From NCBI RefSeq assembly GCF_001194135.2, contig NC_068982.1, positions 150,909,894 to 150,962,829 on the forward strand: DNA of 52,936 nucleotides, given 5' to 3'. This stretch comes from Octopus bimaculoides (lineage: Eukaryota). The notes beneath the pieces are model-generated. The model saw only the letters and a list, made by a program, of their open reading frames with translations, did not search any database and was not told the origin of the DNA. Below, one piece after another: positions 51,746 through 52,936 of the stretch; position 1 is the stretch's first letter, and every line of letters begins with the position of its first letter. The position numbers and the translations under genes are program-made.

Positions 51746-52023
51746 CAGTGGTTCACAAAGTGGGTGGCATTGCTCCCCTGGGAGCAGTGGAAAGTTCCAA
51801 GGGGACATTGAAGGAAAGTGGGGCAATAATGGGGTAGTGATTCATGTAAAAACAACAAAATAATGGGTTCATTAGGTTAAGTTCTATTTGTGAAATACAG
51901 TTGCTTTGAATTTGCTTTAGAAAGAGGTCTATGATTGTGATGGTTAGTTGGGGTGGTGGTGCTAGGACTGTGGCCTGAGTGTCAAGGGGGCGGCAGCCCG
52001 AAAAAGTTTGGGAACCGTTACTG
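51746..52023 (+). mobile_element. hAT-family MITE, copy 2
   Basis: Collinear with 40264-40568; TSD TACCACAA / TACTACAA. Confidence 0.82.
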
Positions 52024-52061
52024 TACTACAACAACAAACAGGTGATGAAGAACAAGTGACA

Positions 52062-52936
52062 AGAGTCAGCAGCTATGCAATAAAGGGATCAGCTGATGTA
52101 TGCAGGAGAGGCAATTGTCACAGTGGAGATATGTGATGTGAGTATGTGGAGAAGAGCTTTGGGTGAATANNNNNNNNNNNNNNNNNNNNNNNNNNNNNNN
52201 NNNNNNNNNNNNNNNNNNNNNNNNNNNNNNNNNNNNNNNNNNNNNNNNNNNNNNNNNNNNNNNNNNNNNNNNNNNATGCTGTGTATTGTGAGTGGAAGAC
52301 TAACAACAATATAGGAAGAAATAGTGAGACTAGATCTCAGGAAGGTTTTTATACAAGAGGGGTGTGACAATATACTGCACAGTAGATCTATCAAGTTCAT
52401 GCTAACTTGGAAAATAGGCATTAGAGTATCAATGATGGTAAGGATGATGGTGATAATGATGTTCATGATAAAAGCATGGTCGCTACAACTAACACTTTAC
52501 CCTCTCTTATAAAAACAGGCGAGAAATTATGCCTATGTAAGTAATGTTTATTTTTTGAAATATGAAGTGATAAGAATAATGACTACCAGATTAAAGGATC
52601 TTTTTTAAAACGGGGGCCACATTTTTCATTAACGAAACANNNNNNNNNNAGAGTCAGCAGCTATGCAATAAAGGGATCAGCTGATGTATGCAGGAGAGGC
52701 AATTGTCACAGTGGAGATATGTGATGTGAATATGTGGAGAAGAGCTTTGGGTGAATATATGCTGTGTATTGTGAGTGGAAGACTAACAACAATATAGGAA
52801 GAAATAGTGAGACTAGATCTCAGGAAGGTTTTTATACAAGAGGGGGTGTGACAATATACTGCACAGTAGATCTATCAAGTTCATGCTAACTTGGAAAATA
52901 GGCATTAGAGTATCAATGATGGTAAGGATGATGGTG
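52062..52936 (+). repeat. Near-identical duplicated block (decayed RTE 3' end) flanking small gaps
   Basis: 52062-52452 versus 52650-52936 differ by 1 substitution and 1 indel; the 106-N gap in copy 1 corresponds to a single T in copy 2. Confidence 0.85.

Overview
AT-rich, microsatellite- and transposon-dense animal genomic DNA with 9 assembly gaps. The repeat families suggest an octopus/coleoid cephalopod (inference). The window lies inside one minus-strand, multi-exon host gene that the ORF track misses. Ten exons (39292 down to 6082) with canonical GT/AG sites and matching phases splice into an uninterrupted 951-nt/317-codon coiled-coil ORF that resembles vertebrate CCDC171. The introns hold decayed RTE, CR1, HERO-like and Penelope retroelements, a Gypsy integrase, Helitron, mariner (DD34D-type and DD41D-type), hAT and Chapaev3 DNA transposons, hAT MITEs and tRNA-derived SINEs. 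The most notable observation is three unrelated non-coding foldback (long inverted-repeat) elements at 4981-5260, 14015-14686 and 37192-37647. Each carries a minimal type I hammerhead ribozyme core (CUGANGA...GAAA-C-NNNN-G-UH) with an 8-nt palindromic stem III, and the copy at 37376-37448 looks fully intact. All analysis was done by eye; ribozyme activity and family names are untested.
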